From: an uncultured virus (IMG/VR IMGVR_UViG_3300035424_000203)
Taxonomy: Duplodnaviria; Heunggongvirae; Uroviricota; Caudoviricetes
Length of the DNA: 64,000 nucleotides
Direction: 5' to 3' (one strand)
Virus record (IMG/VR): IMGVR_UViG_3300035424_000203
The position numbers and the translations under genes were made by a program. Positions within the stretch are counted from its first letter, which is position 1. Every line of letters starts with the position of its first letter. Below the pieces are notes generated by a model, which was not told the origin of the DNA, searched no databases, and saw nothing but the letters and a program-made list of their open reading frames with translations. Shown piece after piece: positions 61,001 through 64,000 of the stretch.

Positions 61001-64000
61001 ACAAAGCAGTAATGAATTTATAGGTTCACAGAAAGATATTGAAGAGGCTATAAATGGTTATCTTGCAACAGTTCCACAGTTTGCTGGTTATTATGGAGAG
61101 TTAAGTAATGCGGTAGAAAATGCCACAGAAACTATAAATCAATCGACAGAAGACATTTCAACAAATAAGGAATCACTAGAGGATATTATAAAGCAATATC
61201 CAGAACTTATTAAAAAAGCAACAGTCGGCAAATTGGATGAAGATGTATTAACGTCAACGGATCAATATGCAGAATTATTATTAAAAGTTGGATTAAGTGC
61301 TGATAGTTCTAGTAGTGATGTTAAAAAGTTAGTAGAACAGATTCAGGCAGTTGCGGATAATAACTTAATTGATAATTTAAAAGCAGTATCGGATGATTTT
61401 GAATCATTAGGTGATGTATATAACACTCTAATGAATAAGGGAGAATCACTTTCTATTGATAATTTAGACAGCGTTCAAAATGTGTTCGGAGATTTGGACA
61501 TGTTTGATGAATGGGTAAGGAAGGTAACAGATGCAGAGACAAGTACAGAAGATTTGCAGCAAGCATTTGATGACTTGGCTACTGAATACCTTAATACAAG
61601 TGAAATTTTCCAATCGTTCCTTGCACAGCTTACAGAACAGAATAAGGAATACTATGCTACACAGCTACAGGCAATGGGTGTTGAAAACTATGAAGAAGTC
61701 ATCTCCTATGCACAGGCACTAAATGAAGCAAAAGAAGTCTTATCGCAGTCAAGCTTAGGGTTTGGGGATGCCACCCAGGATGAAATAGAATCCCTGATTG
61801 CAGAGGGGGCATATTTAGGGCTCACCGCAGATTTGATACTGGCACTATATGATGCTAAAGTTGCGGAACAGGCTGCCACCCTTGATACTTCCGCTGATTG
61901 CGAGAACCTTATCGCCTTAGCCGGTGACACCGACAAGACAAGCAGGTCTATCCAGCTGCTTACCCATCTAATGGATATCTATAACGGGCTTGAAAGCGGG
62001 GCTTATGATGGGAACCGTTTGTTGCGGGAAGAAGCACTTGCAGAAGTCGACAGGATAAAGAAGGAGCTGGAAGGGCTTGCAAATGGGGAGGCGAAGGGTT
62101 CCCCGATTGAACCTACTGTCAAGCTGGGGGCTAAAGGGAGGTCAAGCGCAAAATCCGCCGGCAAGGAAGCGGCTGATACTTATCTTGAAGCATTTGAAAA
62201 GGAATTAAAAGACCTTGATGACCTGAAAGACCGTGGGAAAATCACGGAAAAACAATACCTGGATGCACTCCGCAGACTCTACCTAAAATATTTCCGCGAC
62301 AAGGAGAAATACCTAAAGGAATACGAGAAATACGAACACCAATACCTTGATGGCATGAAATCCCTCTATGAATCAGCATTCAGCTACATCACGAAGCAGG
62401 TCGGCAAGCGTATTGATGCATTAAATGATGAAAAGGATGCTGCCGTGTCCGCGCTTGAAGCGGAACGTGACGCAAGGCTTGAAGCCATAGAGGCGCAGAA
62501 GGAACAGCTTGAAAATGAGATAGAAGGCATCGAGAAGAAGATAGATGCCAAGGAAAAAGAAATCAAGGCGATGCAGGACGCAAATGAGGAACGCAAAAAA
62601 GCCGTTGATTTGCAGAAAGCGGAATATGAATGGCAGCGTATGCAGAACCAGAAGACCGCAAATGTCTATAAGGATGGGCAGATGGTATATGGAGCCGACA
62701 CGTCTGGAATCCGTGATGCCAAACAGCAGGTGGAAGACGCAAGGCTGGAAATAGACATCTCCAAAATCGAAAAGGAAATAGGCTTGCTCGAAGACCAGAA
62801 AGGCTTATTGGAGGAACAAATCGACTTGCTGGACAAGCAGGCAGACCAGATAAACAAATATTACGACAACCTCATCAAACAGACAGAATCACACTATGAT
62901 GCCATGATAAAGGGCATGGAGGACTACAAGTCGCAGTTCGAGGAATTGACAGATCTGCTTGAGGATGCACAGATGGAGGCGGCACTCTCTGAACTCGGCA
63001 TTAACATGGACGCGCTCCTAAGCGGCTCGCAGGAGGAATTTGAAAAGCTGAAAACTGCATATATCGGCATCCTTGCGGACATGGGCCGTGGGAATGAGGG
63101 CGTCATAGACCAGCTGTCAAGGCTTTCCGGTATCAGCACACAGTCCATTAGCTACCTTGAATCCACCAAGGATGCGTTTGATGGGCTTGGGGATGTGGCA
63201 TTGGGAGGGCTGGGGGAAAGCATTGACGGCATAGGCGAATCCGTAGGCGCCCTCTCCACAAGCGCAGGCGAAGCATCCTCTGCTGTCTCCGGGATGCAGA
63301 CGGACGTGGATAAAGCCACGCAAAGCGTTGCACCGCTGAATACGGAGCTTAGCAGCCTAAAGACGCTAATCACAGAGCTTATCGGGCTGCTTGACGGCAT
63401 CAAGTTCCCTGAAATCGGCGATGAAGGCTATGCGCAGAAGCTAAAGGATATCGCACAGGCATTCGGTGAAGTCGCATCGAAATGCAATGAATTTAAAAAC
63501 ATAGACTTCTCTTCCATTATAGGCACCCCCGAACCTGGCATGGATGGGGATGAAATGCCTAGCGGGGATGGCATGGGAGGGGCGGCTGGAACCGGGTTCA
63601 TGGGGCTTGCAGCAGCCATCAATGAAGCGGTTACATCCATCGGCGAGCAAATGGGCAACCTCGAAACGGCGTTGGACAAAGGGAATAGCCACTTTAAAAA
63701 GCAGATGGCTGTCATCAATGACGAATATATCCCAGCATGGGAGGATCTTCAGACACGGCTTGCTGAAATAATCGGCGTAGGCAGCGGTGGTGGCGACAAC
63801 AAAGAAGGCAAAGGGGATAAGGGGGCAGGAAGCAAAAGCGGGAACACTGAACCTGGCGGGAATGATGGCAGCATTATAGATATTATGCAGACAGGCGGGG
63901 ATGCAGTTGACGCAAAGCTGGAAGACCCTTGGTTGAAAGCATTCAACGACTTTGCAACGGACGGCGACAATTCCATCCAGACAATATGTAATAAAATTAT
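58074..64000 (+). CDS. Phage tail tape measure protein, partial (>1970 aa, absent from the ORF track because no stop occurs in the window)
   Basis: RBS aggagg, MAQENFWIDL...; TP901-type core (LDKAYTDLIKV...EFSKSGY...IDKYNEIGN...ALRIRG...IAGKHRA). The frame was spot-checked at 58656 and at the window end. Confidence 0.85.
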   Translation, partial: MAQENFWIDLVATLKKAQSKKQVQSDAKNLGEIKVPLIGTLSKAKTKAQLKQDLASLNGTINLTGKVNQKGIVTSVQQATSQAQAAADKKSIQVSMNLKKDKLINDIKILGQQNTKMFKDANMSAKYNSLLDNAKLATSSKEIANLRLQLSAMRSEIKATNLSGLTLGDTFKKTFKRATELFTGTGGVMLLSQQMRKAWTEAINLDKAYTDLIKVQDELSRGNYPTYLEQCNKKAQELASTQKALIEGATEFSKSGYTKTISDGLSEKSTILANVGDMSASDSAKAIISDVQAYDVVDGYDDVIDKANALIDKYNEIGNTASITTSEIAKGVQTVGSVFADANTSVDEFIALLAAGNRQYQDADALALGLRTAALRIRGCTAELEMMNEETEGVYTSASKLAEKIEGLTNVNGTGGVKILEDDEETFRSIYEIFLDISKVYKDMSDTDQSALLELIAGKHRASAISATLNNMSEAQEIYQRSLESTGSAQREYDKYLSSSEAALNRFKASMTETYQSVIDGKTVTGLLNCGNATLQFVNSLGLVESTLKGLIAIGVVKVITTLSAAFKASAIQASNFGTALNTVKNMSTMTKGTTDYTNALKTLKAVSIGLSETQLKQVLASKALSESDRIAILRTTGLTKAQAQAKLAQMGLTQSTNAQTAANGAATASTFSLTAAVKGFGASLKAAFMSNPVGIAIMALSTVIGMVTSAIDSANQEAEEARQKAKDAADTASTLSNEISELTGKYLTLSNAVQTDKSSKEDLMTVQEELIKKLGIEGETIDSLIAKYGSLDEAIKQVTLDELGNMENDLVAGVKAAEDELKEIGKDYEHFYSLTNRNLLSSSGEDAVRAYSVLNEAGIIDKGSYGTGGGSIVLTGDDSTVEGILENYQKLQDAMKALRESDEFTEEELKDNPVFLQIYNRVQEMREFVDGYNDAITDLNQNVAQQQMLSSLKGMELPDTEEEFNAFRDNLVKTAQSSNEFIGSQKDIEEAINGYLATVPQFAGYYGELSNAVENATETINQSTEDISTNKESLEDIIKQYPELIKKATVGKLDEDVLTSTDQYAELLLKVGLSADSSSSDVKKLVEQIQAVADNNLIDNLKAVSDDFESLGDVYNTLMNKGESLSIDNLDSVQNVFGDLDMFDEWVRKVTDAETSTEDLQQAFDDLATEYLNTSEIFQSFLAQLTEQNKEYYATQLQAMGVENYEEVISYAQALNEAKEVLSQSSLGFGDATQDEIESLIAEGAYLGLTADLILALYDAKVAEQAATLDTSADCENLIALAGDTDKTSRSIQLLTHLMDIYNGLESGAYDGNRLLREEALAEVDRIKKELEGLANGEAKGSPIEPTVKLGAKGRSSAKSAGKEAADTYLEAFEKELKDLDDLKDRGKITEKQYLDALRRLYLKYFRDKEKYLKEYEKYEHQYLDGMKSLYESAFSYITKQVGKRIDALNDEKDAAVSALEAERDARLEAIEAQKEQLENEIEGIEKKIDAKEKEIKAMQDANEERKKAVDLQKAEYEWQRMQNQKTANVYKDGQMVYGADTSGIRDAKQQVEDARLEIDISKIEKEIGLLEDQKGLLEEQIDLLDKQADQINKYYDNLIKQTESHYDAMIKGMEDYKSQFEELTDLLEDAQMEAALSELGINMDALLSGSQEEFEKLKTAYIGILADMGRGNEGVIDQLSRLSGISTQSISYLESTKDAFDGLGDVALGGLGESIDGIGESVGALSTSAGEASSAVSGMQTDVDKATQSVAPLNTELSSLKTLITELIGLLDGIKFPEIGDEGYAQKLKDIAQAFGEVASKCNEFKNIDFSSIIGTPEPGMDGDEMPSGDGMGGAAGTGFMGLAAAINEAVTSIGEQMGNLETALDKGNSHFKKQMAVINDEYIPAWEDLQTRLAEIIGVGSGGGDNKEGKGDKGAGSKSGNTEPGGNDGSIIDIMQTGGDAVDAKLEDPWLKAFNDFATDGDNSIQTICNKI

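Larger units (their letters stand above)
18499..64000. mobile_element. Large SPbeta-like integrated element (right end outside the window)
   Basis: AT-rich, phage-type gene content throughout (HU, YonO-like RNAP, tape measure, recombinases); no host core genes after 18.5 kb. Confidence 0.8.

Noticed and set aside
58406..63976. Many short ORFs listed in this region
   Set aside because: Off-frame or antisense shadows of the single tape measure frame that starts at 58074.

Overview
Low-GC Firmicute chromosome (gene content suggests a gut Clostridia/Lachnospiraceae-like host; inference) in four parts. (1) 1-~3795: the decayed edge of a conjugative element, with a truncated T4SS membrane gene and a degenerate IS21-family element. 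The element truncates a host ABC substrate-binding gene. (2) 3795-10667: host core genes (SPFH protein, pcrA, rlmD). (3) 10623-18498: a ~7.9 kb satellite-like element integrated in the 3' end of rlmD, flanked by a 14-bp direct repeat. It has a tyrosine integrase, a repressor/Cro switch, a primase-helicase, an iteron origin and an RHH-regulated operon. (4) 18499->64000: a second, >45 kb, SPbeta-like element at the same site. It carries HU proteins, two sigma-like factors, a hammerhead ribozyme, TA systems, an ImmR/ImmA pair, a TubR/TubZ-like pair, a fused type IIB (topo VIII-like) topoisomerase, a YonO-like single-subunit RNA polymerase, two tyrosine recombinases and a tape-measure gene that runs off the window. 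No terminase, portal, capsid or tail-tube gene is recognisable between the polymerase and the tape measure. Family calls come from motif recognition only; no database search was run. Two N gaps lie at 38273-38305 and 47027-47037.
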